Below are positions 47,580-57,077 of a stretch of 64,000 nt of DNA, piece by piece; position 1 is the stretch's first letter, and every line of letters starts with the position of its first letter. This stretch comes from a virus. Location: IMG/VR virus record IMGVR_UViG_3300042519_001303, positions 1-64,000 of that record; one strand, written 5' to 3'. A program made the position numbers and the translations under genes. The notes below the pieces were generated by a model. That model did not search any database. It was given only the letters and a program-made list of their open reading frames with translations, and was not told the DNA's origin.

Positions 47580-47861
47580 ATGTCACAAGATAATGTAGAC
47601 GATATTGTAAAAGTTTCCGGTAGCAGCAACCCACAGAGTGTTGGCTCTATCGTAGCCCGAGCGGTCATTGCTGGCCAGCATCCAAAGATGCGTGCTATTG
47701 GCGCAAGTGCCGTAAACCAGGCTGTAAAAGCATGTGCTATTGCACGTGGGTTTGTCGCACCAAGGGGTGTTGACCTGTGCTTTGTCATTGGTTTTGATGA
47801 CATTGAAGGGGATAACGGAGAGACCATCTCAGCTATCGCTTTTAGACCTGTCGAACGATAA
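47580..47861 (+). CDS. spoVS: SpoVS-family (Alba-like fold) protein
   Basis: VKVS.SSNP.SV...A......AIGASAVNQAVKA.AIARGFVAP.G.DL....F.DI.....SAI.F matches the SpoVS consensus. Confidence 0.9.
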   Translation: MSQDNVDDIVKVSGSSNPQSVGSIVARAVIAGQHPKMRAIGASAVNQAVKACAIARGFVAPRGVDLCFVIGFDDIEGDNGETISAIAFRPVER

Positions 47862-47924
47862 TACCCCTGTATAAAGTGGTATTATTGTTTATCTTGTCTT
47901 TCACTATTTAGGAGACCCCCCACC

Positions 47925-50900
47925 ATGGCAGCAAAGAAAAAAGGCGCATCTGACAAAGATCCAGCACCTAAGAAAACAACACCTAAAAAACCAGCAGCTA
48001 AAAAAGAAGATACTCCTAAAAAAGAAACAAAAAAGAAGATTGGTGAGGGAGTTTCCCTTCCAAAGAGCGAGCGAGCAGTTTCAAACAACGCTCGCGCCAA
48101 TATGTTGAGGCTTAAAAAAGAAAAGGAAGATCAAGAAGCATTACTTTTAAGTAGTGGTGTTTCCGCTCAGCAAGCTTCTGATGCTGCCGAAATAGCTAGA
48201 CTTGCCCAAATAGAAGCCTTGAAGGGTAGTAGTGTTGTACCTGAAAGAGCTGCACTAGATGAAGAAGACGCAGCTTTTTCTGAATTAACAGCTAAAAGAG
48301 CTTTAGAAGATAAAGCAAGAGAACTCAGTGCATCTAAGCTTTCAAAGGGAAATAAAAAGACTTATGGTGGTAGAACTGCCTTTAGAGCTCTTCCAGAAGC
48401 CAGAAAAGCCAGTATTATGGCTGCTCGTGAAAATACACGTAAGATTATTGAAGCGGTAAAGCCTGCTCGTAGAGGCAGAGAACAACAGGCAGCTGAAGAC
48501 GCAGTTCTTGCAGACGTCATAGGTGATACAGACACTTCTACTCTTGTTCCCCCTGGTGAAAATAAGCGTAGACAAAGAAGCCAAGCACGAGCTGCAGCAG
48601 GAACCACTAGTAACAGGTCTCGTACAGTACGCCAACAGCGGGCTGTAAGCGCCAACGTTCCTAAGAGAGATAATACTGCTAAACCTGTTAGCACCACACG
48701 TATAGACCCCAAAAAGTTAAAAAGAGTACCAAGGGATCAGGCTGAAATTGACAGGGAAATACAGGCACGTAAAGATAAAGCTGCAAGCAAATCTCGTGTT
48801 GCAGGAGCTGGGTTACCTTTAAATCAAGTTGAAGGTATTGATGATAACGCTATGGGTAACGTAGCCACAGCAGATACTGCATCTAGAAACTTTAATAGAG
48901 AAGGGGAGGTTACTGAAGTAACTCGCCCTTCAGCACAAGAATTGAGTGTTGCTGGAATCAGCATTAGTTCTGATAGATTAAATAGGCTTATGTATGGTGA
49001 CCCACAGGGTACCAAGTCAGAACGTTTGCAATCGCAAAACTTTTGGTCACAACATCCGGTAGAAAGCTTTTTTCACCCAGACGCTGGAAATGTTGATGCA
49101 TTAAAACTGGCTCATGAACGACCTGATTTGCTAAAGCCAGAAAACAGAGAAGCTGCAATAGCAGAAGGTATTAGCCCTGAGTTACACGAAGAACTTGGCA
49201 ACTTAACTCCTGAAGAACGTCATATTCGTTATGAGGACGCCGCTGCTAATGCTCCAGATAAAAACGCTTATGATAAATTTACATCAGTAATTGCACAGAC
49301 ATATAAAGAAGCCCGCCAGGGAACTCGGGGATCAACAAGGGTAGCTGGTATAGAAGCAGAAAAACCAATTGAAGGGTTAAGCCATGAAAAAGCCACAGAA
49401 ATGGCTTATAAAGCTGGACTTGCAGAGATACAAAAATTCCAGACAATGAATAATAGGGGAGCACTAAATATTTCCGAATCTATTAAGCGTTTAAGAAGAA
49501 TAGAAGAAGAAAATTTAGTTACTAAAAAAGATGTTGCGGGTGAGTCGGAACAAGTAATAGACCCAAAACAATTTGAAGGCCTAGACACTGCGGACATTAG
49601 TGCCTTAATACTAGGTGGGCAAGTGCGTACTACAGCTGCTCCACTCAATACTGTTTTGAGTAGACAATTATTTGTAAAAGGCGCAGCTCCAGGAAAAGAC
49701 AAGCCTGATGAAAGACCTGTTAGTGTTAAAGGTACAGCCGCTCAGGGTCGTTCAGTACTTTCTGAAGGAATGCCTGCAAGACTACAGCAGCAACTTAGAG
49801 ATAACCCAGTTAAAGCCCAAAGACACCTTGGTAAAATTGCCAGAGAAGCAACTGGTTCTAGCCTTGTAGTTCCTCATAACCCCATAACTGGTAAAAGCTA
49901 TGGTGACACCATACAAGGGGCACACTTTATAGAAGACCCATATACCGGCACTTTAGCAAAAGTTAATATGCTTGCTGGAATGCAAACAAGTGCTATGGAC
50001 CAGTTTGGAGAGCTGTCTACTCTTACTGAAGACCACCCCAGCTATGATCCAAAATTGCATGCTCAACATATTGGCGCCCATGTTCTTAAAGTAGACCCAG
50101 ACAAAGCATTTTTAGCATCTCATGCTGACGACGAAGAATCTGATAACGAAACATCTGTGTCACTCCACAGAAAAGTTACTACAACTGATTCAACTAACTC
50201 TAGACATCCTAATTTGCCAACTCTTGCCGGTGCAATAGGTGACCAACACCTTGAAGGTGTTCGAAAATGGCAAGAAGCTGGTCTTCGTACAAACCCAAGT
50301 GTTAAAGAAGAAGCAGCAGCAGATCCTTACATGGATGTTTCTAGCGATGAAACTGGCGAAGCAATTAAAAGACACACAGCTGCAGCTCTTGGTTTAACTG
50401 ATAGGCCCTCTCAAACAATGCGCACAGTTAATGGTGTTACTTTTAATACAAGAGGACCAGTTATACCTGGAAGAATCAGCCAGATTATTTCCGATAGAAG
50501 AGCACTTGATACTTCTGCAGCCGAATCAGCTGCTGGTGCTATCAACGATCTCTCTGAAGGTGGCACTGCTGCTAAAGCAGACACCGTTACGGATATGCCA
50601 TACAAAACTGCACAACAGCAGGCATGGTCTGAAATAAATGCTAGACAAGACGAATCAGCTGCTAAAAGAAAAGCTGAAGATACTACCTATGATTCTGATA
50701 TGTCTGACTATATAAAAGAAATGGAAGGTTTTGACAAAGAAAATCCAGGAGTTGTAGCACGAGAAGATCTTGAACAAAAAGCTAGTTCAATAGCTGGTCT
50801 TTCAAAAACTATTGCTAATAAGGCGGTACAGCACATTACTTCTGGGGCTTCTCCAGAAGCAGTGGGGCTTAATATTGATGACATGATTCAACAACACGAT

Positions 50901-51947
50901 TTAGGTGATCACCATCATGTTGTTAAAGACCTTGTAGCAAGACACGTAGGTATCAGTTTGTCTGAAAGTCTTATTAAAGCTACCAACCCTGAAACTAAAG
51001 CCGCCTATAAACCAGCAGACTATTCTGAACACCTTGGAAAAGCAGCAAGAGCTGCAGCAGAAGGTAAAGATATCACAGGTATTGAATCATCAGTAACAAG
51101 CCCCGGTGGTGTACGAAAAGAAGTATTAAATTACTTAAGAACAACGCTTCCAGCAGACCACCCACTATCTGCAAAACCAGTTGGAAACACCGCAAGAGAA
51201 GTTGTAGGTGAACCACTTTCACAAGAAGTGCGCCCATCTTTTGCAACTTTCCGTAAACCACGCTTAAATGCAAGAGCTACTGCTGCTGAATTGGAAAGTG
51301 TTACAGGAAGGTTTGATAATGACCCGCCACAGCCTGTAACACCTGCTCCAGTTCCTAAAGGACAACTAACCTTACCAAGACAGTCAGAAACAAACAGGTT
51401 AAGCTCACAATTTAGTGTTCCAGAAAACGCGGATGTTTATACCAGAACAGCTTTACAAGGACTTCAAAAAGCTGAGTTTGTAAAATCTCCAATACTTAGA
51501 AATTTTGAAACTAATGAAAGAACTGGAGAAAGAAGATACACTGATAGTTTGGGAATAGCCAGTCACCCTGATGATCAAATACTTGACGAAAAAGGTAAAG
51601 TTGCTGGCATTAACGTTACTTCACGTAATCCTCGTATGGGTAAACGCCTGTATGCTACTTCACCTGGACAAATATCCGATGCAAAACTAGAGTATGGCAA
51701 TTCGGACGTATCGCCTGTTAATAGAAACATCCCTCCAACTCCATCACGTCAACAATCAGTAATGAACACTCGGCAACTTGGAACTGGAGCACAATTTGGT
51801 GAATCAGGATTGACACCGACTGATAGGCCACTCATGGCTGGTGACAGCATGCCAACTGGTCGTTTATTTAACGCTGGACAGTACGCAAAAATTGCTCCAA
51901 AAAGAATGCGTCAACAAGAAGTACTCTCCCCTGATACAAACAACTAA
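47925..51947 (+). CDS. large (1340 aa) hypothetical protein with Lys-rich N-terminus, largely low-complexity
   Basis: AGGAG RBS; long uninterrupted ORF; no Cys seen; no enzyme motif recognised. Confidence 0.8.
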   Translation: MAAKKKGASDKDPAPKKTTPKKPAAKKEDTPKKETKKKIGEGVSLPKSERAVSNNARANMLRLKKEKEDQEALLLSSGVSAQQASDAAEIARLAQIEALKGSSVVPERAALDEEDAAFSELTAKRALEDKARELSASKLSKGNKKTYGGRTAFRALPEARKASIMAARENTRKIIEAVKPARRGREQQAAEDAVLADVIGDTDTSTLVPPGENKRRQRSQARAAAGTTSNRSRTVRQQRAVSANVPKRDNTAKPVSTTRIDPKKLKRVPRDQAEIDREIQARKDKAASKSRVAGAGLPLNQVEGIDDNAMGNVATADTASRNFNREGEVTEVTRPSAQELSVAGISISSDRLNRLMYGDPQGTKSERLQSQNFWSQHPVESFFHPDAGNVDALKLAHERPDLLKPENREAAIAEGISPELHEELGNLTPEERHIRYEDAAANAPDKNAYDKFTSVIAQTYKEARQGTRGSTRVAGIEAEKPIEGLSHEKATEMAYKAGLAEIQKFQTMNNRGALNISESIKRLRRIEEENLVTKKDVAGESEQVIDPKQFEGLDTADISALILGGQVRTTAAPLNTVLSRQLFVKGAAPGKDKPDERPVSVKGTAAQGRSVLSEGMPARLQQQLRDNPVKAQRHLGKIAREATGSSLVVPHNPITGKSYGDTIQGAHFIEDPYTGTLAKVNMLAGMQTSAMDQFGELSTLTEDHPSYDPKLHAQHIGAHVLKVDPDKAFLASHADDEESDNETSVSLHRKVTTTDSTNSRHPNLPTLAGAIGDQHLEGVRKWQEAGLRTNPSVKEEAAADPYMDVSSDETGEAIKRHTAAALGLTDRPSQTMRTVNGVTFNTRGPVIPGRISQIISDRRALDTSAAESAAGAINDLSEGGTAAKADTVTDMPYKTAQQQAWSEINARQDESAAKRKAEDTTYDSDMSDYIKEMEGFDKENPGVVAREDLEQKASSIAGLSKTIANKAVQHITSGASPEAVGLNIDDMIQQHDLGDHHHVVKDLVARHVGISLSESLIKATNPETKAAYKPADYSEHLGKAARAAAEGKDITGIESSVTSPGGVRKEVLNYLRTTLPADHPLSAKPVGNTAREVVGEPLSQEVRPSFATFRKPRLNARATAAELESVTGRFDNDPPQPVTPAPVPKGQLTLPRQSETNRLSSQFSVPENADVYTRTALQGLQKAEFVKSPILRNFETNERTGERRYTDSLGIASHPDDQILDEKGKVAGINVTSRNPRMGKRLYATSPGQISDAKLEYGNSDVSPVNRNIPPTPSRQQSVMNTRQLGTGAQFGESGLTPTDRPLMAGDSMPTGRLFNAGQYAKIAPKRMRQQEVLSPDTNN

Positions 51948-51975
51948 ATATAAACACAAGGTGTAAACTAACCAT

Positions 51976-52137
51976 ATGCGTAAGTACAATAATGATGATT
52001 GGCGAAAGCTAGCTAATTCACCACACTTAGATGATGAGTTTGACGATATATACGAAGAACAAGATAAGCTAGAACGCAAACAGAAACGTAAAGAAAAGGA
52101 CCGTCATGGCCTCAAAGAAGACTTCTTCAACTTCTAA
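51976..52137 (+). CDS. small charged protein (53 aa), probably leaderless
   Basis: TAAACT-6 nt-ATG; MRKYNNDDWRKLANSPHLDDEFDD... Confidence 0.55.
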   Translation: MRKYNNDDWRKLANSPHLDDEFDDIYEEQDKLERKQKRKEKDRHGLKEDFFNF

Positions 52138-52255
52138 GAAAAAGATCAATAAAAAAGTAGTTAAGAAGGTAGTACCACGCCCAAAGCCAATTTCTAATGT
52201 TGGTGGAGGACAAGGTGGCATTCTTGGAGCGTTTGGTGGAGTAAATGGCCGCTAG
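52106..52255 (+). CDS. small basic protein (49 aa)
   Basis: AAGGA RBS; MASKKTSSTSKKKINKKVVKKVVPRPKP...GGGQGG. Confidence 0.5.
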   Translation: MASKKTSSTSKKKINKKVVKKVVPRPKPISNVGGGQGGILGAFGGVNGR

Positions 52256-52748
52256 TCCAAACCAGCAGACGTTTACCGATTGGGGTGGAGGGTATGACCC
52301 TTATACCCCCGAAAGCCAACCTCTGTTAGGACCTACCCCTGCCTTTCGTAATGCTAAAGACGCACAACTTTCAGCATGGGGTGGTTCCCCTGACACTCAG
52401 TATCCAGATGGTTACTTGGGCACCATGTCATCTAATCGACGACAAGATAAGATTCTAAATGCTGTACAACGTACTAACACCCGCCCTTACACCCGTGGTG
52501 TCCACAAAGGTGAGAGGATCAATGCTGGTGATTATCTCTGGCCAGATGAGTTCAACCTACAGACAGGGTTAGTACTGCAGTCACAGGGCCTCAAATTTGC
52601 CCCTCCAGGGGCTGAACCGGTAAGATTAACTAATGATGGTAAAGCTGGTCCTAGAGGCATTCCTAGAGGCTTAGACCGCCCTCAAGAAGAAGTTGTAGAC
52701 ATGCAACGAAGAAGCCTATTAAAGTCACTTGCTCCCCCGTGGAGATGA
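52245..52748 (+). CDS. hypothetical protein
   Basis: GGAG RBS; QYPDGYLGT..RR.DK...Y.RGVHKGERI. Confidence 0.7.
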   Translation: MAASPNQQTFTDWGGGYDPYTPESQPLLGPTPAFRNAKDAQLSAWGGSPDTQYPDGYLGTMSSNRRQDKILNAVQRTNTRPYTRGVHKGERINAGDYLWPDEFNLQTGLVLQSQGLKFAPPGAEPVRLTNDGKAGPRGIPRGLDRPQEEVVDMQRRSLLKSLAPPWR

Positions 52749-52838
52749 TAAACTTGTATACAAACAGAAGAACTTGAAAAAGAAGTTGAGCGCCTAAAAG
52801 CTCTTAATGACTCACCCACTAATTTAAAGGATTAACTT

Positions 52839-53237
52839 ATGGGAATTAAAGATACTATGCGAGGCGGTTCTGGTGGCACCCATGCTGCCACAGGTCGTCA
52901 GGATTTTCCACACCCCCAAGTCGCAGCTGCTGGTGGTGGAAAAGGACCTCCCGATGATCCTAACGATCCCAATAAAGCACCCACTTCACATAATAAGCCC
53001 AATCTGGTGTATCAGGATAGATGGGATAGTAATGCACTTAATGCTAAACCTGAAAGAAACAATAAAGATCCTGAGCCAGAAGTAGATCTTAATGCTTTAA
53101 GAAAATCAGTAAAAGATGGTAATGCTCCAATGGTGGAGCATAACCAAGATGAAGCAACTATAAAAAGAGAAGCAAAAGAGAACCCTAGTCAAGGCCCAAG
53201 TATGGATGACATTAGGAATGCAATAAAAGGTCAGTAA
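52839..53237 (+). CDS. low-complexity hypothetical protein
   Basis: AAGGA RBS; G/P/N/D-rich. Confidence 0.65.
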   Translation: MGIKDTMRGGSGGTHAATGRQDFPHPQVAAAGGGKGPPDDPNDPNKAPTSHNKPNLVYQDRWDSNALNAKPERNNKDPEPEVDLNALRKSVKDGNAPMVEHNQDEATIKREAKENPSQGPSMDDIRNAIKGQ

Positions 53238-53241
53238 CAAC

Positions 53242-53469
53242 ATGGCAAATACACAACAAGGAGAACACAATATGATTAAGCCTCACATGACAATTGCTGA
53301 AGCTTGGTACAAGATTAACGTCGAAGGACTTAACCCAGGTCCTTTTTTAGAAGAAGCCCGTAAAAGTCATGCAAAACTTAGAGAGCAATACAAAGATGTA
53401 ATTGCTGCAGCTGAAAAAATGAGAAGCAGTTTAGGTAACCGAAGAAGCTACAAAGATTACACAGGCTAA
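53242..53469 (+). CDS. hypothetical protein
   Basis: In operon; alternative start after AAGGAG at the second Met. Confidence 0.55.
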   Translation: MANTQQGEHNMIKPHMTIAEAWYKINVEGLNPGPFLEEARKSHAKLREQYKDVIAAAEKMRSSLGNRRSYKDYTG

Positions 53470-53486
53470 ATTTTAAAGGAGTTATT

Positions 53487-53927
53487 ATGGCAAATGGACA
53501 AGATACTGGAGCACATTCAGGTAGACAAGGTGGCAGAGATTCTCATGCTACTAGAAAAGCTGGTAAGCTCGCACCTTCAGGTGACATGGGTACCCCAGAA
53601 ATTAACGCTAAAGTAAAAGAAGCTAACCCAATGCCTGCTGGAGGAACAGCTCCTGAGGGTACAACTAAAATTTACCAAACCCCCGCTAGTTTGCAGGGAT
53701 ATGGTAAAGCAGCACATGCTGTTCCTAATGAAAGTATGCCTGGGATTAAAGATCATTATAAAGACCTTAGAAGAGGTACTAACAACTCAGGTAAAAACCC
53801 AGAAAATCAAACAATGGGTAGACAAACCGCTCGAGATGTTTCAGTGACTACTGGTGGCGGTAAATCAACTATGATTCAAGACGCTTATGGTAAGCCAACT
53901 ACTAACAACCTTGGAGTCAGCTACTAA
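53487..53927 (+). CDS. low-complexity hypothetical protein
   Basis: AAGGAG RBS; G/T/P-rich. Confidence 0.65.
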   Translation: MANGQDTGAHSGRQGGRDSHATRKAGKLAPSGDMGTPEINAKVKEANPMPAGGTAPEGTTKIYQTPASLQGYGKAAHAVPNESMPGIKDHYKDLRRGTNNSGKNPENQTMGRQTARDVSVTTGGGKSTMIQDAYGKPTTNNLGVSY

Positions 53928-53928
53928 A

Positions 53929-54135
53929 ATGGCAATTGTTGGGACCACCAGAGGTGGAGCAGACGCAGGTCGTGGGGACAACCCCCATGCTCGTCCACGT
54001 CTCAAAGCTACCCCTGCTGATGAAATCAGTGATGACTTCAAAGCAGTAGGTGAAGCAATCAAAGGTGTTGTTCACAGTAAGTTTGGTAATCAACCCACTC
54101 AACGTCCAGTTCTTAAGACACAGACGGAGGAATAG
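53929..54135 (+). CDS. small hypothetical protein
   Basis: ATG at 53929 right after the previous stop. Confidence 0.55.
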   Translation: MAIVGTTRGGADAGRGDNPHARPRLKATPADEISDDFKAVGEAIKGVVHSKFGNQPTQRPVLKTQTEE

Positions 54136-54428
54136 TGGCAAAGCCTTGGGGTACACGTCAAGAGTTTCTAGTGGATCAGGCCCTTCAGGCCGCCGTTAGC
54201 GACCCCGAAACTATACGTGCAATCCGCCCCACTGTTCCTCAACAGCTATTTCCACAAACCCGTGGGTTCATGAAGCAGTCACCTACTCTTATGGATATCT
54301 TTAGCATGAGTCGTTATGGTGTAAAGAACCGTTCATGGGTTTCAGGTATGCCAGTTATGCCAGAAATGAATACAGGTGAGTTTGAAGGTACTGGAAGGTA
54401 CTCAATGAACTCGTTAGGAAACGTATAA
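54135..54428 (+). CDS. hypothetical protein
   Basis: GGAGG RBS, GTG start. Confidence 0.65.
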   Translation: MAKPWGTRQEFLVDQALQAAVSDPETIRAIRPTVPQQLFPQTRGFMKQSPTLMDIFSMSRYGVKNRSWVSGMPVMPEMNTGEFEGTGRYSMNSLGNV

Positions 54429-54429
54429 C

Positions 54430-56355
54430 ATGCCCTTTAACGGAGATTTCTATACTCAAGACGAAGGTAAAGCACCTTCACACGACTTTTACACTCAAAA
54501 TATGAAGCAAAAGGGTGTCCTTCCAGGCTCTTGGCAAATGCGTCAAGCGTATGCCAATGGTTCAGGTGGAGCAGAAGGTAGCAACCCAAATCAACCAGCT
54601 TTTCAAAGTAGTTATTCTAGGGATGTTGGTGATCGTTTAGGTGGTAATACATCTACTTACAACGCCCGTGGAGTAACTGGTACTACCTCTGTTCCTGGTT
54701 CAGGAGAAAGCTATAATAGTAAAAGATGGGGCGCCACCGGTTCTAATGAAGAAAACACTTTAAAAAACTTCTTTGGAGCTAAAGGAAAACTTAAAAAAAG
54801 TAAAGAATCAACTCCTGGAAAAGGTTCACCAGGCGGTCAAGGAAGTGATGAGGATATGGCAATAGCATCTAACAACAACGTAAAAGTTGGAAAAAACGCA
54901 AGGCAGTCTGGTAACCAGTCTGGTGGTGCGAACATCCAAGCAGGTGGAGACATCGATGCTGGTAGCTCAGTTGGATTTGGAGCCACTAACAGTGGTGGGG
55001 GTGTCCAACAGATTGGTGGCGAAGGCTCTCGTCAAGTTCACAACCAATTTATGTTTGACCCCAACCATCCAAGATGGAGTGGTGATCCTGGAGATAAGCC
55101 TAAAGCCGATAAGCCCAAGGCAGATACACCTAAAGAACCTGAAAAATGGGCACCCGAAGATCGGGGTGACAGAGACATGGGTCTACCCAGAAAGGGTGAA
55201 CCTGGTTCAAACACTGGTGGAATGCCCAGCCAATATGAAGGTATGGGTGGAGACTATGATGCCACAGGCACTGGTTCAAAACCACCGACTGGTTCAACAC
55301 CAGGAACATCAACACCTCCTGACCAAGGAGACAACTTTGGTGGAGGTGATCCACGTGTTGTAAAGAAAACGCGACGTAAAGGCACCCCTGGACAAGCTGA
55401 ACAACCTTATCCAAAGCCCACTAAACGTAAGGTAGGTGGGCAGGGACCTTCTTGGGAACAAGGAGATGAGGGTTCTCTTGCTAAAAAGTTTCCTAATGCA
55501 ATTGAAGGTACTTCAACTGAAGGAACTCCTACGACTGGCCTTCCAACAACCCCTTCAGGGACTGACATAGAGAAGTTTCGTGGTGGTGTACCTGCAGGTA
55601 CTGGGCAAACTCCTACTACTGGAGCACCTCCTACTGTGGATAACTCTACAGGTGCCCCAAAAGGCCCCGGTTTCTTTGGAAGAATGTGGAACAAAGCTGC
55701 TGACCGTGTAATGACCGCACCTGGTGGTGGGCCAATCAACTTTGGTCCAGGAGCAGAATACACACGTACTCCAGATCGTGGTTTGCCCGCAGGACCACAA
55801 GTAATGGGTGAAATAGGCACTGGAGCACCTACTCCAATGGGTGAAATTGGTCCCGGACCAAGAGCTGTTGGACCTGGTTCTAGAGTAATGGGAGCAATTG
55901 GTGCAGGAGATAGTCCTGCTAGTGCCCCTATTCAACAGGTCAACCCAAGAGGAACCTATGGTCACCCCACGAATGGTTCTTTTGGTGGACGTGGACCAGG
56001 AAGAGGTGCCCCTAGAATCACTCGTTTTGGTGATATGGGCATGGGTGTTCCTATGCAAGGTTCTGTTCCTAATGGTGGAATGCCACCACAGTATGAGGGT
56101 ATGGGCGGGGATTATGATGCGACTGGTCCACAAACTGCCCCCTCACGCCACCCTAGACCTGGTGGTCAAAGAACGCCTTATGAAGGACCCTCACGCCACC
56201 CTAGACCACCACTTCCTGCAGGTTCAAGACCTTATGTAGGACCCTCACGTCACCCTAGACCCGGAGATCCTTATCCTTCTCAAGGTGTTGAAGCAAGTCG
56301 AAGATTTGGTGTTGAGAGTGATGACTATGGTCGTCCGCAAGATTTTAACTACTGA
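54430..56355 (+). CDS. Gly/Pro-rich, probably intrinsically disordered protein with internal repeats
   Basis: 641 aa; repeats GGMPxQYEGMGGDYDATG x2, MG(E/A)IG x3 and PSRHPRP x3. Confidence 0.75.
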   Translation: MPFNGDFYTQDEGKAPSHDFYTQNMKQKGVLPGSWQMRQAYANGSGGAEGSNPNQPAFQSSYSRDVGDRLGGNTSTYNARGVTGTTSVPGSGESYNSKRWGATGSNEENTLKNFFGAKGKLKKSKESTPGKGSPGGQGSDEDMAIASNNNVKVGKNARQSGNQSGGANIQAGGDIDAGSSVGFGATNSGGGVQQIGGEGSRQVHNQFMFDPNHPRWSGDPGDKPKADKPKADTPKEPEKWAPEDRGDRDMGLPRKGEPGSNTGGMPSQYEGMGGDYDATGTGSKPPTGSTPGTSTPPDQGDNFGGGDPRVVKKTRRKGTPGQAEQPYPKPTKRKVGGQGPSWEQGDEGSLAKKFPNAIEGTSTEGTPTTGLPTTPSGTDIEKFRGGVPAGTGQTPTTGAPPTVDNSTGAPKGPGFFGRMWNKAADRVMTAPGGGPINFGPGAEYTRTPDRGLPAGPQVMGEIGTGAPTPMGEIGPGPRAVGPGSRVMGAIGAGDSPASAPIQQVNPRGTYGHPTNGSFGGRGPGRGAPRITRFGDMGMGVPMQGSVPNGGMPPQYEGMGGDYDATGPQTAPSRHPRPGGQRTPYEGPSRHPRPPLPAGSRPYVGPSRHPRPGDPYPSQGVEASRRFGVESDDYGRPQDFNY

Positions 56356-56373
56356 TAGGCAAGGAGCCCCCAA

Positions 56374-56595
56374 ATGGCAGTTAATACAGAAAGATCAATG
56401 AATGGTGATCGTAAGCTCGGAGAAAACGACGGTATGATGAAGAGTATTGCTCCAAGTCGAGGTGGCATTCTTGAAGAAGAACATGCACTTGAAAGAGCAA
56501 AATTGCTTCAAACTCAGTATAATGTCGTTGACAAGAAGCGTGGAGTTAATGTATCATCAGATAATGATTACGAATACGGCTACGCAGACGACTGA
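56374..56595 (+). CDS. small hypothetical protein
   Basis: AAGGAG RBS. Confidence 0.65.
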   Translation: MAVNTERSMNGDRKLGENDGMMKSIAPSRGGILEEEHALERAKLLQTQYNVVDKKRGVNVSSDNDYEYGYADD

Positions 56596-56621
56596 GTAGT
56601 ACAAACAATTAGGAGTACAAT

Positions 56622-57077
56622 ATGCCCCGTCTTTTGACGTGTCAAACCTGTGGAACCATGTACAGAATGAAGGACTATGAAGGTCCTGTTCAATATGACA
56701 TGGAGCTTATAGAGCTATGCAATAGGCATCTTGGTCAGGCCGCAAACCCTGATCCAGACGCCCATAAGTCACTTATTATTAGATGCGATCAAGCCACCTG
56801 GGAAAAACTTGGTGATGAGACTCAGATCAAAAAAGAACTTGCCAAAAATGAATGGGAAGTTCGTGAACTAAAAGATGATCTAAAAGTTGAAGCTCTTAGG
56901 TGCTTTAGTAGACATAACCGCCCAGCAGGTATGTGCATTGATTATGAGGATGAAAGCAAGACGATTGGTCGTAAGATTGGTGTTCCTAAAGAAAACCGCC
57001 AATACCTTTGTCACTATTGCCCAGCACAAGAATTTGTGACTCATAAAAATCGCATTGCCAAAGGGATGTATGACTAG
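56622..57077 (+). CDS. Cys/His-rich probable Zn-binding protein
   Basis: CQTC, CNRH, CFSRH..C and CHYC; AGGAG RBS. Confidence 0.7.
   Translation: MPRLLTCQTCGTMYRMKDYEGPVQYDMELIELCNRHLGQAANPDPDAHKSLIIRCDQATWEKLGDETQIKKELAKNEWEVRELKDDLKVEALRCFSRHNRPAGMCIDYEDESKTIGRKIGVPKENRQYLCHYCPAQEFVTHKNRIAKGMYD

Noticed and set aside
52749-52835. In-frame coding-like stretch (IQTEELEKEVERLKALND) after the ORF 52245 stop, suggesting readthrough
   Set aside because: Two consecutive stops (TGA TAA) and no start codon; at most a gene remnant
55407-56133. Long antisense ORFs (192 and 137 aa)
   Set aside because: Shadows of the Gly/Pro-rich sense gene, with no independent signals
56140-56262. Three 20-32 nt direct repeats spaced 48 and 54 nt apart, resembling a mini CRISPR array
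   Set aside because: Spacings are multiples of 3, the copies are in frame (PSRHPRP) with a synonymous change, they are not palindromic, and there is no leader or cas operon
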